DNA of 64,000 nucleotides from Candidatus Cybelea sp. (GCA_049585055.1 JBAUYZ010000068.1:15528-79527), one strand, 5' to 3'. Positions 17,562 through 27,814 are shown, counted from the first letter of the stretch. Numbers and translations: made by a program. The notes: a model not told the origin generated them from the sequence alone.

Positions 17562-17780
17562 TCCGTCGCGATCGGCGTGCTTGGCGACCGCGCTCCGTGA
17601 CTCCTCGATCCGTGAACGGATCTGACTCGTAGAACGTTCGGACCTTAGCGCCGTGCTCCCGCGCAGCGTAGCTTTCGGTGGTCGGATCGCTACTCTAGCT
17701 CTTACGGCTGCGAAGCGAGTACGGCCGAGCCGCTGATGAAGCTGACGAGTGCCGCGAGGTTCGAGAGTGACATGGTTATC

Positions 17781-17877
17781 CGTTCGTCCTTCGTGGTTCG
17801 TCCTTCGTCCTTCGACTCCGGCGCTTCGCGCCTGCGCTCAGGATGACACAGCTTGGCGCCTGCGCTCAGATGACACA
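17781..17877 (+). repeat. REP/MITE-like intergenic element (CCTTCG xN, CCTTCGAC, hairpin, GCTCAGGATGACAC; 1.5 copies)
   Basis: The sequence reads ...TCCTTCGACTCCGGCGCTTCGCGCCTGCGCTCAGGATGACACAG CTTGGCGCCTGCGCTCAGATGACACAG. Confidence 0.85.
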
Positions 17878-17904
17878 GTCTGGCGGAGCTACGTCAGAGT
17901 TTCG

Positions 17905-20022
17905 CTAGCGGAGGAAGGCTACTAGTAGGAGGGCGACGATGTTGAGGACTTTGATCATTGGGTTGATTGCGGGGCCGGCGGTGTCTTTGTAGGGATCGCC
18001 GACCGTGTCGCCGGTGACGGCTGCCTGATGCGCGATCGAGCCTTTGCCGCCGTAGTTTCCGTCTTCGATGTATTTCTTGGCGTTATCCCAGGCGCCGCCG
18101 CCCGATGTAAACGAGATCGCGACGAAGAAGCCCGTGACGATCGAACCCAGGAGAATGCCGCCCATCATCTGCGCGCCGGTATCGCCGGGGAAGACGCCGG
18201 TGAATGAGAGGATGACGACGAGCAACGGAACGCCGACCGGAATCAATGCCGGAACGATCATCTCGCGCAGCGCCGCTCGCGTGACGATGTCGACGGTCGT
18301 TGCATAGTTCGGCCGCGCGGTGCCTTCCATGATGCCGGGAATCTCGCGGAACTGACGGCGCACTTCCTCGACGACCGAACTGGCGGCGCGTCCGACGGAC
18401 TGCATCGAGAGCGACGCGAAGAGATAGGGAAGGAGGCCGCCGATGAAGAGTCCGGTGAGCACGAACGGATTGCCGATTGCGAAGAGATTGCGAACGCCGT
18501 TGGTACAGGCGATCGTCGGCACGCCCGGGCACTTGTGGTTGATCAGTTGCTGCAGGAACGAGGCGAAGAGGACGATCGCGGCGAGCGCGGCCGAGCCGAT
18601 CGCGTAGCCCTTGGTGACGGCCTTGGTCGTATTGCCGACGGCGTCGAGCGGATCGGTGACGGCGCGCACGTCGTCCGGCATATCGGCCATCTCGGCGATG
18701 CCGCCGGCGTTGTCGGTGATCGGGCCGAACGAGTCGATCGCGACGATGATTCCCGCCATTGAGAGCATCGACATCACGGCGATGCCGACGCCGTAGACGC
18801 CCGCCATCGCGTAGCTGACCAGGATGCCCACCACGATGACGATTGCGGGTAGTGCCGTCGCCTGCATCGAGACCGCGAGACCGGCGATGATGTTCGTCGC
18901 GTGACCGGTGAGCGAAGCCTTTGCGATCGAGCGTACCGGTCCGAACTGCGTGCCGGTATAGTATTCGGTTATGAGCGTGATAAGCGCCGTGATAACGATG
19001 CCGACGACCGCACAGATGAATATGCTGTTCTGGCCGATGCCCGCGGCAACGGCCTCCGGCGCGCCGAAGACACGCTGCGTGGCAAAGTAGAAGCCGATCA
19101 GCGCGAGAATGCTGGCGACCACCATTCCACGGTAAAGCGCGGCCATGATCTTCGTTTTGCGGACCTGGCCGACGCCGACGAAGATGACGCCGACGATCGA
19201 AGCGACGATCGAGACTGCGCCGAGTAGGAGCGGGAACGTGGTTGCGTTCGGAATCGCCGCGCCGAAGAGCAGATTGCCGAGCAGCATCGCGGCGACCGTC
19301 GTAACGCAGTACGTCTCGAAGAGGTCGGCCGCCATGCCGGCGCAGTCGCCGACGTTGTCGCCCACGTTATCGGCAATGACGGCCGGGTTGCGCGGATCGT
19401 CTTCAGGAATTCCGGCTTCGACTTTTCCGACCAGGTCGGCGCCGACGTCGGCGGCCTTCGTATAGATTCCGCCGCCAAGACGCGCAAATACGGAGATCAG
19501 CGAGCATCCGAAAGCGAGCCCGACCATCGCGTTGAGCGACGTGGCGGAATCGCCGTTGTTGACGGCTTGGAGTATCGCGTAATACCCAGAGACGGCGAGC
19601 AGTCCCAGACCGACGACCAACATGCCGGTAACCGAGCCACCGCGAAATGCGACGTTGAGCGCCGGCGTAAGGCCGCCGCGCGCCGCTTCGGCCGTGCGAA
19701 CGTTCGCGCGCACCGACACGACCATCCCGATGAAACCGGCAGCTCCCGAAAGGATGGCGCCGATCAAGAAACCGATGGCGGCTTCCTTGCCGAGCGTCGG
19801 AGCGAAGAGTATCACGATCGCGAGAACGATTGCGACGATCCCGATCGTCATATACTGACGCTGGAGAAATGCCATCGCGCCTTCTTGGATCGCGAGGGCG
19901 ATCTCGCGCATGCGCTCGTTGCCGGCGGGCTGGGCGATCACCCAGAAGGTCAGCGCGATGCCGTAGAGCACCGCGAGGGCTCCGCCGATAAGTCCGGTGT
20001 CGATCGCTGTCTGTGCGGTCAT
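17905..20022 (-). CDS. hppA: membrane-bound H+-translocating pyrophosphatase (K+-independent type)
   Basis: A 705-aa ORF with [20 protein letters not shown] and [15 protein letters not shown] (Lys rather than Ala) is the published K+-independence signature. Confidence 0.95.
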   Translation of the reverse strand: MTAQTAIDTGLIGGALAVLYGIALTFWVIAQPAGNERMREIALAIQEGAMAFLQRQYMTIGIVAIVLAIVILFAPTLGKEAAIGFLIGAILSGAAGFIGMVVSVRANVRTAEAARGGLTPALNVAFRGGSVTGMLVVGLGLLAVSGYYAILQAVNNGDSATSLNAMVGLAFGCSLISVFARLGGGIYTKAADVGADLVGKVEAGIPEDDPRNPAVIADNVGDNVGDCAGMAADLFETYCVTTVAAMLLGNLLFGAAIPNATTFPLLLGAVSIVASIVGVIFVGVGQVRKTKIMAALYRGMVVASILALIGFYFATQRVFGAPEAVAAGIGQNSIFICAVVGIVITALITLITEYYTGTQFGPVRSIAKASLTGHATNIIAGLAVSMQATALPAIVIVVGILVSYAMAGVYGVGIAVMSMLSMAGIIVAIDSFGPITDNAGGIAEMADMPDDVRAVTDPLDAVGNTTKAVTKGYAIGSAALAAIVLFASFLQQLINHKCPGVPTIACTNGVRNLFAIGNPFVLTGLFIGGLLPYLFASLSMQSVGRAASSVVEEVRRQFREIPGIMEGTARPNYATTVDIVTRAALREMIVPALIPVGVPLLVVILSFTGVFPGDTGAQMMGGILLGSIVTGFFVAISFTSGGGAWDNAKKYIEDGNYGGKGSIAHQAAVTGDTVGDPYKDTAGPAINPMIKVLNIVALLLVAFLR

Positions 20023-20039
20023 GATTTTCCTTAAGTTTT

Positions 20040-20066
20040 AGTAAAAATACGGCCCGAAAGGGCCGA
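20040..20066 (-). terminator. terminator-like hairpin inside the hppA 5' leader
   Basis: The minus strand reads CGGCCC-tttc-GGGCCG then TATTTTTAC. It sits about 20 nt upstream of the hppA RBS/ATG, and there is no upstream co-oriented gene for it to terminate. Confidence 0.4.
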
Positions 20067-20192
20067 CTAGCCCGCCTACTCCCTTTGGTTGCGCAAGTCC
20101 TCGCAGGCGGTCGCCGAAAGTTCGGGTGATGCACGGAGGCGAGAGCACGGAACTCCTCATCGTCGGCCACGGCTCCGCGAGGGGGACCTGCC

Positions 20193-20906
20193 GTGGCTAA
20201 GCCGCTACCCGACCGCGAGCAGATCATCCATCAGTACTTGCACCTGGTGAAGTACGTAGCGGATCGGCTCTCGGCCAACCTCCCCGCGAACGTTGACACC
20301 AACGACCTCGTCAACGACGGTGTCTTCGGACTGATCGATGCGATCGAAAAGTTCGACGCTGCTCGAGCCGTCAAATTCGAAACCTACGCAATCGCGCGTA
20401 TCACCGGGGCGATGCTCGACGCGTTGCGCTCCCTCGACTGGGTTCCACGGACGGTTCGGCAACGGGTGCGCGAGGTTCGCCGAGCGTTCGAAGGTTTGGA
20501 GTTCGAGCTGGGACGCGATCCCACCGATGCAGAGCTCGCTTGCAGGCTGCACGTGTCGGTGCAAGAACTCGACCGCGTTCGCCAGCGCGCGCGCGCGACG
20601 AGCATGCTTTCGCTCGAAGAGCCGGTGCGCAGCGGCGACGACCGCGATCGCTTCGTCGGCGACACGCTCCCGGATATTGAGAGCGACGTCGAGCGGGCGC
20701 TCGAGCGCGTGGAATCCCTTCGCGAACTCGTCCGGGCGGTCGAAGCGCTGTCGGCTGACGAGCGTACGGTGATTCGCCGCTACTACTTTAAAGCGCAGAC
20801 GCTCAGGAAGATCCGGGACGAGCTCGGCATTTCGGAATCGCGCGTCTCACAGATCCACGCACAAGCCGTCGTGCGTCTTCGCCAATATCTCCAACAGGCA
20901 GAGTAG
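20193..20906 (+). CDS. fliA: FliA/WhiG-type (sigma-28 family) RNA polymerase sigma factor
   Basis: GTG start after GAGGGGGA. Regions 2, 3 and 4 are recognisable (DLVNDGVFGLIDAIEKFD..., RTVIRRYYFKAQTLRKIRDELGISESRVSQIHAQAV). Confidence 0.85.
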   Translation: MAKPLPDREQIIHQYLHLVKYVADRLSANLPANVDTNDLVNDGVFGLIDAIEKFDAARAVKFETYAIARITGAMLDALRSLDWVPRTVRQRVREVRRAFEGLEFELGRDPTDAELACRLHVSVQELDRVRQRARATSMLSLEEPVRSGDDRDRFVGDTLPDIESDVERALERVESLRELVRAVEALSADERTVIRRYYFKAQTLRKIRDELGISESRVSQIHAQAVVRLRQYLQQAE

Positions 20907-20981
20907 GGAACGCAGTCCGGCCAAAAAATGCTGCAAAATGCGCCTGAGAAACAATCGTCAATCCCAGGCGGTACTGCCAAT

Positions 20982-22049
20982 ATGAGGACATCGGTTTTCG
21001 GCATGCTTTTGGTCATGCTTTGTTGCGGGCAGACGCCGCCTATCAACGGTCTTGCTGCGGTAGCAGACCGCGCAGCCGAAAGGGCGATGACGATCAAGCT
21101 CGCTCCCGGCGTCGTCGTCCTCGTCGCATCCCATGGTCGAGTGATTTTCCTGCGCGGGTACGGGGTACGCGACCTGAAAAGCCGACGCCCGGTCACTCCG
21201 AACACGCACTTCGAGATTGGCTCGGTCACGAAGCAGTTTACTGCCGCGGCGATCATGCAGCTGCTCAACGCCGGTAAGCTATCGCTCGAGGACACCTTGA
21301 GCAAGTACGTCCCAACATATACCGCCGGCGCCTCAGTTACGATACAGCAGCTTCTTTGGCAAACGTCGGGTATTCCGAACTACGTCGAAAATCCCGATAT
21401 TATGAAGATAGCTTCGACGGTGCAACCGTCTCTTGCGGGCGTTTTGAACTTGATCGCGCACAAGCCATTACGATTCACCCCTGGGACAGAATGGGCGTAC
21501 AGTAACACAAACTATTTTCTATTGGCCCACATCATCGAGGTCACATCGGGCGAGACATACCAGCAATATCTTCGCGAATACATCTTCAAACGCGCTGGTA
21601 TGAGCGACACCGGCTTCGTCTCCGACGAACCTCGACTCGCCGACATGGCTCGTGGTTACCTGACGTCGGTTGGAGCAGTCGTGCCATCGCCGAGGTTCTT
21701 CAGCGGATGGGCCGCCGGAGCGGGTGATATTGTTTCAACGGCGCCGGACATGAACAGGTGGGACGATGCGCTTCTTGCCGGCAAGCTCGTTCCCATGCGC
21801 TACGTCGGTATGATGCGCACCTCGGGCAAGCTGAAATCGGGAAGCTCAACGGGTTACGGCATGGGCTGGTACATCCACGAGCCTAAAAACGGCGCGGTTA
21901 TCATATGGCACAACGGTGGGACCTTCGGATTCAGCGCCGACAACAACACCTACCCGAGTAGCGACGCAACGATCATTGTGATGGATAACAACATCGCGGC
22001 CGATGCCGAAAACGTAGCCGCAGAGATTTCTGTAGGAATACATTTGTAA
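20982..22049 (+). CDS. serine hydrolase, beta-lactamase/PBP (class C-like) family
   Basis: Motifs SVTKQF (SxxK) and YSNTNY (YxN) are present, with a signal peptide from the ATG at 20982. The track ORF starts at 20928. Confidence 0.85.
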   Translation: MRTSVFGMLLVMLCCGQTPPINGLAAVADRAAERAMTIKLAPGVVVLVASHGRVIFLRGYGVRDLKSRRPVTPNTHFEIGSVTKQFTAAAIMQLLNAGKLSLEDTLSKYVPTYTAGASVTIQQLLWQTSGIPNYVENPDIMKIASTVQPSLAGVLNLIAHKPLRFTPGTEWAYSNTNYFLLAHIIEVTSGETYQQYLREYIFKRAGMSDTGFVSDEPRLADMARGYLTSVGAVVPSPRFFSGWAAGAGDIVSTAPDMNRWDDALLAGKLVPMRYVGMMRTSGKLKSGSSTGYGMGWYIHEPKNGAVIIWHNGGTFGFSADNNTYPSSDATIIVMDNNIAADAENVAAEISVGIHL

Positions 22050-22102
22050 TGCGGCGCGCCCCGCGCTATGGTCAACGTTCCGCTGGGCACCGCGGTCAGC
22101 CG

Positions 22103-23164
22103 CTAGGTTTCGCCGTCGAAGTAGTCGAGGGTTGGACTCGCCCTCACGATGATCGAATCGGCGCCTTTGATGAACGGCGATAACGTGCCCAGCAGCAGCT
22201 TGTCGGAGTCGGGATAGTAGCAGGCTTCGACGTCTTCGGCTCGCGCGAGGAGCAGCACCGTCGCGGGAGCGCCGCTTTCGTTGAGGAGTTGATGCGTGCC
22301 GCTTTCACCGACCGGTAACGCGATGAAATCGCCCTTTCGGCAACGAATCGTTCCCGAGAGAGTGCGGACGCTCGGCTCGCCGTCGATCACGAAGAAGAGC
22401 TCCTCCTCACGCGCGTGGCCGTGCAGCGGGCAGAAGCGCTGCCCCGGATCGAGCGTGCTGACGCGATAGCCGAGCTTGCGGGCACCGATCGCGAAGCCGA
22501 CCTCGGCATCGAGGCATGCGAACTGCGTGGGCTGATCTGAATGCTCGGCGCGTTCGCCAAGAAACTCGAGCTCGTCGAGATTGATTCGCAGCACTTCGGC
22601 GCCGGCGCGAGCGTAGAGAAGCTCGTAGAGCGCCTCGTAGGCGCCGGAGAGCAACGAGTGGCCGCGACTCAATAGCAGCCGCTGCGGGTTCTCCCGGAGG
22701 ATCGCGCGCAGACCGAGCGCGGCTTTGCGCTGGTCGGCGTACGCGCCGGCGTCGGCCATTGCGAGCGCGCCGGCCGGTGCGCCGGCGAGCGAATCTCCGG
22801 CGACGACGGTGCGCCGTTCGGGAAGGCTGAGAACGAACTCATCCTCGCGCCACTGATCGGGAAGCCGGATCGCGACGACGCCCGAAGCGATGCATTCGCG
22901 GTGCCCCGGGCGAGCAACCACGGGAGCTCCGTATCGCTCGGCCAGCTCTTGCGCCGTCCGGGCGCGATCGGGCGACATGACCACGATGCAAGAAATGCCG
23001 CCGAGCCGTGTGATGGCCTCGTGCGTCGCTGCATCGAACGGCAGCGGATCGACGAGCACGTTGCCGTCCTCGGTGACGAGAAAATGGCTCGCGGCGACGA
23101 AAGGCGGCTCGGGCAAGAGGTGCGCGAAGAGGTAGATGCCGGGAATAGAAAGCGGTTGCAGCAT
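22103..23164 (-). CDS. two-domain protein: MBL-fold-like N-terminus plus C-terminal cupin
   Basis: The C-terminal sequence PLHGHAREEELFFVIDGEPSVRTLSGTIRCRKGDFIALPVGESGTHQL is a cupin motif. The N-terminal assignment is weak, as I saw no HxHxDH motif. Confidence 0.6.
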   Translation of the reverse strand: MLQPLSIPGIYLFAHLLPEPPFVAASHFLVTEDGNVLVDPLPFDAATHEAITRLGGISCIVVMSPDRARTAQELAERYGAPVVARPGHRECIASGVVAIRLPDQWREDEFVLSLPERRTVVAGDSLAGAPAGALAMADAGAYADQRKAALGLRAILRENPQRLLLSRGHSLLSGAYEALYELLYARAGAEVLRINLDELEFLGERAEHSDQPTQFACLDAEVGFAIGARKLGYRVSTLDPGQRFCPLHGHAREEELFFVIDGEPSVRTLSGTIRCRKGDFIALPVGESGTHQLLNESGAPATVLLLARAEDVEACYYPDSDKLLLGTLSPFIKGADSIIVRASPTLDYFDGET

Positions 23165-23186
23165 GGTGGGCGCAGTAGTACTACGT

Positions 23187-23846
23187 ATGCAAGAGACTCA
23201 CCCGCACCGCGAAACGCGCATTCTCCCGGCGCTCGCAGTACTCGTGCTTCCGGTCTTCTTCGCGGCGTTACCGGGACGGTACCAGCTGATGCCGCGGGGA
23301 ATCCCGTTCGCCACCGGCCTCGCGCTTGCGATCCCGATGCTGCTTGCTGGGTTCTTTCCAGCGAATCGGTCCTTCATGCGCCTCGAGCGTCTCACGGCGG
23401 CGATCCTAATTCCTCTTGCCGCGTGCGTCAGCATTGCGCTGCTGGCGCTGCTCTTCATCAATATGGTGAAAGCGCACTCGGAGATCAGCGGGATAACGCT
23501 GCTCACGACGTCGGTTGCGATTTGGGTCAACAACATCGTCATCTTCGCGTTGGCCTACTGGCAAATCGATCGCGGCGGGCCCGCGGGACGCTCGAGCGGC
23601 TGGCACGGCCGCTCGGATTTCACGTTTCCGCGCGGAGATCCGTGCGATAATTTTCCGGACGACTGGCAACCGCACTTTGCCGACTACTTGGCGCTTGCGT
23701 TCAATACGGCGACGGCGTTCAGTCCGACCGACGTGCTGCCGCTGCGGCCTCGCGCGAAGATGCTGATGATGACCGAGAGTTTCATCTCGCTCGTGACCGT
23801 CGTCGCGGTCGGAGCGCGCGCGATCAACATTCTCGGCAGCGGCTAG
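23187..23846 (+). CDS. DUF1345-like membrane protein
   Basis: Multi-TM protein with FALAYWQIDRGGP and ADYLALAFNTATAFSPTDV, which resemble DUF1345. I chose the start at ATG 23187 to avoid a head-to-head overlap. The track ORF begins at 23136. Confidence 0.55.
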   Translation: MQETHPHRETRILPALAVLVLPVFFAALPGRYQLMPRGIPFATGLALAIPMLLAGFFPANRSFMRLERLTAAILIPLAACVSIALLALLFINMVKAHSEISGITLLTTSVAIWVNNIVIFALAYWQIDRGGPAGRSSGWHGRSDFTFPRGDPCDNFPDDWQPHFADYLALAFNTATAFSPTDVLPLRPRAKMLMMTESFISLVTVVAVGARAINILGSG

Positions 23847-23894
23847 AAGAGTAATCCGTTAGGTGCTACGATGGAGTGTGAAAGGAGCTATCCG

Positions 23895-24425
23895 GTGAAC
23901 AGTTTGATTCTGAGCCGCTATGCATTGAGCGTTTGCGTCGCTGGGACACTGGCGGGATGCGGCGGATCGCAAGGAGCGATCGGCCAATCGGGGGGAGGAC
24001 GGACGCCGACGGGAGTCCCCGCAGTCTCGCCCCTCACCGCCACGCAAGAAGAGATGTACTCCAAACACTTCTACGCCGGGCAGTGCGTGCACAACGGCTC
24101 GCATACGAAGCTCGCGTTCAAAGCTCACGGCAGGGCCTCCGGTAAGTTTCCCGGTTCGTTCACGACCCATGGAACTATCTCATGTGTCGTTTACAGTTCC
24201 CAGAGTAGCAGTTGGAGCTTCAGCGAACGATTTACAGTTACATCCGGAAGTCAAACGGTCCACGGGACGATCCAAGGAAGCGGGCGTCATAGCTTTCAAT
24301 GGAGCCCATGCAACGATTTTAGGAATGCCAACTTGAGATACGAGATCGGAAGCGAAAAAGGAAGAGCCGAAGTTGGCATTGTTTATGGTAATAGGGAGCA
24401 CTTCAAGGCGATACTGCTGTTCTAG
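23895..24425 (+). CDS. small hypothetical lipoprotein
   Basis: GTG lies 7 nt after AGGAG. The leader is VCVAGTLAGCGGSQGAIG. The body has lower GC content and no known motif. Confidence 0.55.
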   Translation: MNSLILSRYALSVCVAGTLAGCGGSQGAIGQSGGGRTPTGVPAVSPLTATQEEMYSKHFYAGQCVHNGSHTKLAFKAHGRASGKFPGSFTTHGTISCVVYSSQSSSWSFSERFTVTSGSQTVHGTIQGSGRHSFQWSPCNDFRNANLRYEIGSEKGRAEVGIVYGNREHFKAILLF

Positions 24426-24502
24426 AACGCGCGCAAGCTTGGTTTAGAGACTCCTCGAGCCCGGCGAGGGCGGCGTGGAGATCGGCGGCCTCAGGGACTC
24501 AC

Positions 24503-25006
24503 TTAGGGTCTTGACATGAAGTCGGGTTTGAGGCTAGTGAAGTCGATCGGCACGGAAACGTGCTCTTGAACGATCAGCCATTTGCCGTTGATTTTTCGCA
24601 GAACGTCGGTAACGCGAACCGTCATCGCGTGCAAGTTACCCATGCTTCCGGTAATCGATTGAATACTGCGGGTGTAAGCAACGTCGCCACTTACCGTCAC
24701 GGAGAGGTCCGCGATCGAAAAGGTTGGATTGCCTTTGATCGAAGCAAAGAATGCCTTCCAATCAGCACGATAATCATCCCAGCCCACGTGCTCGCGCGGG
24801 GTGCCAACGTCGAAGACAAAGAGCGTATTGTCATGGATGTAAGGTAACATTAGGGCTTCGAGGTCTTTGTGCCGAAACGCGATGGCAAACTGCTGGTAGA
24901 GCGCGGCGATCGCGGCATTGTCGTTCGACTGCGCGTCGGCGCGCGATGCAATCGCACTTCCGGCAATGGCCATGGCAAGAAAGGAAAAGAGAAGCAGTTT
25001 CTTCAT
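24503..25006 (-). CDS. secreted NTF2-like (SnoaL/DUF4440-type) protein
   Basis: The signal peptide is MKKLLLFSFLAMAIAGSAIASRADA, followed by AIAALYQQFAIAFRHKDLEAL...INGKWLIVQEHVS. The ATG at 25006 is preceded by GGAGGC. Confidence 0.65.
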   Translation of the reverse strand: MKKLLLFSFLAMAIAGSAIASRADAQSNDNAAIAALYQQFAIAFRHKDLEALMLPYIHDNTLFVFDVGTPREHVGWDDYRADWKAFFASIKGNPTFSIADLSVTVSGDVAYTRSIQSITGSMGNLHAMTVRVTDVLRKINGKWLIVQEHVSVPIDFTSLKPDFMSRP

Positions 25007-25200
25007 GAGGTAGCCTCCGAACGTAAGGAAACGTAGTCTGACCCTTCGCATTCGCGAGGCAAGTTCTGAGCTCCCGGAAGCACCTTGGATCTGGGCCGGG
25101 CGCGACGAACATTGCATTTACGCAGCATGGCCAGCGCCGGCGCTGCCGCCAGCAGCATCGGCACGGTGGCTAGCCCGATCAATTGTAGCAGCAACTTGCC

Positions 25201-25246
25201 CGTCCTTCGACTGCGCTCGCTTCGCTCGCTCCGCTCAGGATGACAC
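25201..25246 (+). repeat. REP/MITE-like intergenic element
   Basis: The sequence is CGTCCTTCGACTGCGCTCGCTTCGCTCGCTCCGCTCAGGATGACAC. Confidence 0.85.
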
Positions 25247-25351
25247 GAGGGAAATTCCGCGGCTAGTCAGGCCTTACGTAGAGGAGGGCCACTAAGCTGT
25301 ATGCTGGCTCAGGACGACTAAGGCGCACGCTGCGCTGCGATAATCGCGCGT

Positions 25352-27814
25352 TTATTGCTTAGCATCGGCGATGATCGAGGCGGCCATGTCCCAAGCTTCG
25401 TCTTCGTCGAGCCGTGCTCCGGCCTCGGTCAAGCGCACGAAGTCGTCGGCGCTGAGACGGTCGCGCAACAACGCTTCGAGGTCGCGGCGCTCGCGCTCGT
25501 CGGAGGGATCGTGAAAGCGACGCGCTTCGAACCAGGCGGCGGAGTATCCGAGCAGTTCCGCGGCCGCTTCGAAATCGTGTTGCATTGCGCTCAATCGCGC
25601 CGTATTCCGCACCGCTCGGGCCACCATCAAGCCGTCATCGCCGGCGCGCTGCGCTGCGTCGACCGCCGCACTGAGATCCTGCGCCGCGCCGCGGGGATCG
25701 TTTACGTGCAGCCGGTAGACCGCCATGTTGTTGAGCGTCGTCGCCTCGAGATACGTCAAATTCTCGCGCCGAAAAACAGCGAGGCATTCACCGGCGTGGC
25801 GCAAGGCACTCTCGAGGTCCCCTTCCAAGAAGAAGGCTTCGGCGATGTTGTTCTGTGTGACCGCGGCGCGCCCGGTGTCGCCGCGCGCCGTCGATATTTC
25901 GCGGGCCTTCCCCCACGCGGTGCGCGCGGCTTCGAGCTGCCATTGATAGTTGAGCAGGTAGCCTTCTTGAAAGTAGAGCGAACCCAAGAAATCGGAATCG
26001 TCGAGACCGAGCTCGTGGTAGAGTGCGCGAGCGAGGCGGTGCGCTTCTAGCGCTTCGGGAGTGCGCCCAAGCTGCGCGAGGGCATAACTGCGTCGCTGGT
26101 AGGCTTGCAGCAGCGTCTTGCTTCGCAAACCGGCGCCCCCCAGCACTTTTATGGCGCCCTCCGCCGCGTCGAGAGCTTCGGCTCCGAGCGTCACCAGCGC
26201 AACTTCGATCAGCATCTCGGCTTTGAGCTCCGGACCGATGCGCGCGATTGCCAATACTTCCCGAGTGTGTTTCACGAGCTCGTGGCGAAAGTTTTGAACC
26301 AAGAACTCGCGCGCATCTCTGAGAATGCCGGCCGCAATCTCCGGTGCGTTTGCATTCGTCAGAGACCAGGTGAGCGCTGCGCGGATGTTTTCGGCATCCG
26401 CGCGCAAGAGCGAGAGGCGGTGTTTAGAGCCGGCGATCGAGCGACTTCGCTGCGCCAACGCCGCTACGAACTCGGCGTGGCGCCGGGCGATCGCTTCTCG
26501 CTCGTTTAACTCGTCGAGTCGTTCGGCGGCGTAGGCGCGTGTCGACTCGAGAAGATCGTAGCGCTGCGCGTCGTCGCCGATCTGAGCGACCACGAGAGAC
26601 TTGTCGACGAGGGAACCGAGCAGATCCAAGACCTCGTGAGATTCGGCCATCTCGCCGCTTAGAGGAGGCAGATCGTCGAAGAGGCTCGTGGCGCCCGTCA
26701 AGGTCCAGCCGCCGGCGAAGAGCGAGAGCCGCCGGAGCAGGCGTCGTTCTTCGTCGGTGAGCAAGTCGTAGCTCCAGTCGATCAGGGCGCGCATCGTTTT
26801 CTGGCGCGGTAACGCGTCTTCGCCGGCCGCAATCAGCACGCGAAAACGTTCGTCGAGCTCGCGGAGGAGCCGCGCGGCTGGGAGATCGGTCACCCTGGCC
26901 GCGGCAAGTTCGATCGCCAACGGAATGCCGTCCAAACGCTTACAGATCGCAGCGATCGTTTCGCCGTCGCCGTCGGTGGCGTCGAACGACGGATCGGCCG
27001 AGCGCGCGCGCCGGTTGAAGAGCGCGACGGCGTCGTCGACCGCGAGTGGCGGCATGCGATAGACGTACTCGCCGGAGACGTGAAGCTGCTCTCGACTCGT
27101 CGCCAGAACCCTCACGAGCGGGCATTGGATGAGAATCGCTTTGGTTACGCGAGCCGCTTCGTCGACGAGGTGCTCGCAGTTGTCCAAGACGAGGAGCAGC
27201 TCCTTATTGCGAAGCCGCCGCTGCAGCGTTTCCACCACCGGTGTATCGGCCTGTTGCGCCACGCCGGCGGCAAAGGCAACGGCTCCAGCAACCAGCTTTG
27301 GATCGGCCAGAGACGCAAGTTCGACGAACCAGACGCCATCGCGAAATCGTTCGACGAGCCCGGCCGCGACCTCGACGGCCGTGCGGCTCTTCCCGATGCC
27401 TCCCATACCGGCCAGCGTTACGAACCGCTTTTCAGCCAGGAGCGAACGAAGGCTCGTGACGATATCGTCGCGCCCGATCAGCTCTGGAAGCTGCCGCGGA
27501 AGATTATCTCGACGGGCGGCGGGGCGTTCGCTCGAGGGGCTCCGGTCGGGCAAGCGTTGCCGCCCGGGTCCGCGGAGCCGCCCGCGCTCGGCGGCAATGC
27601 GCAGGCGGTTGTACTCTTCGCCTTGGATCTTGAGTGCCTCGACGATCAGCACGAACGTGTCGCGCTGCGGCGCGCGGCGCGTGCCGCGCTCGTAGGCTCC
27701 AACGGCTTGCACGCTGATGCGTGCGCGCTTGGCGAGTTGTTCTTGCGAGAGACCGGCTTGGGCCCGCAGCTTCTTGAGCAGCGTTCCGAAGTCCGGAGCG
27801 AGAGCGTCGAGCAC
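25352..27814 (-). CDS. STAND NTPase: XRE-type HTH + NB-ARC-like P-loop + TPR array
   Basis: Recognisable parts: HTH (LRAQAGLSQEQLAKRARISVQAVGAYERG), Walker A (GMGGIGKS), Walker B (LLVLDNCEHL), and a long C-terminal TPR-like region. Confidence 0.85.
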   Translation of the reverse strand: MLDALAPDFGTLLKKLRAQAGLSQEQLAKRARISVQAVGAYERGTRRAPQRDTFVLIVEALKIQGEEYNRLRIAAERGRLRGPGRQRLPDRSPSSERPAARRDNLPRQLPELIGRDDIVTSLRSLLAEKRFVTLAGMGGIGKSRTAVEVAAGLVERFRDGVWFVELASLADPKLVAGAVAFAAGVAQQADTPVVETLQRRLRNKELLLVLDNCEHLVDEAARVTKAILIQCPLVRVLATSREQLHVSGEYVYRMPPLAVDDAVALFNRRARSADPSFDATDGDGETIAAICKRLDGIPLAIELAAARVTDLPAARLLRELDERFRVLIAAGEDALPRQKTMRALIDWSYDLLTDEERRLLRRLSLFAGGWTLTGATSLFDDLPPLSGEMAESHEVLDLLGSLVDKSLVVAQIGDDAQRYDLLESTRAYAAERLDELNEREAIARRHAEFVAALAQRSRSIAGSKHRLSLLRADAENIRAALTWSLTNANAPEIAAGILRDAREFLVQNFRHELVKHTREVLAIARIGPELKAEMLIEVALVTLGAEALDAAEGAIKVLGGAGLRSKTLLQAYQRRSYALAQLGRTPEALEAHRLARALYHELGLDDSDFLGSLYFQEGYLLNYQWQLEAARTAWGKAREISTARGDTGRAAVTQNNIAEAFFLEGDLESALRHAGECLAVFRRENLTYLEATTLNNMAVYRLHVNDPRGAAQDLSAAVDAAQRAGDDGLMVARAVRNTARLSAMQHDFEAAAELLGYSAAWFEARRFHDPSDERERRDLEALLRDRLSADDFVRLTEAGARLDEDEAWDMAASIIADAKQ

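Noticed and set aside
17704-17772. A 23-codon hydrophobic ORF (MSLSNLAALVSFISGSAVLASQP) on the minus strand, downstream of hppA and its repeat element.
   Set aside because: The only signals are a weak, distant SD-like AAGGA and the lack of a terminator or promoter. It cannot be distinguished from chance in GC-rich sequence.
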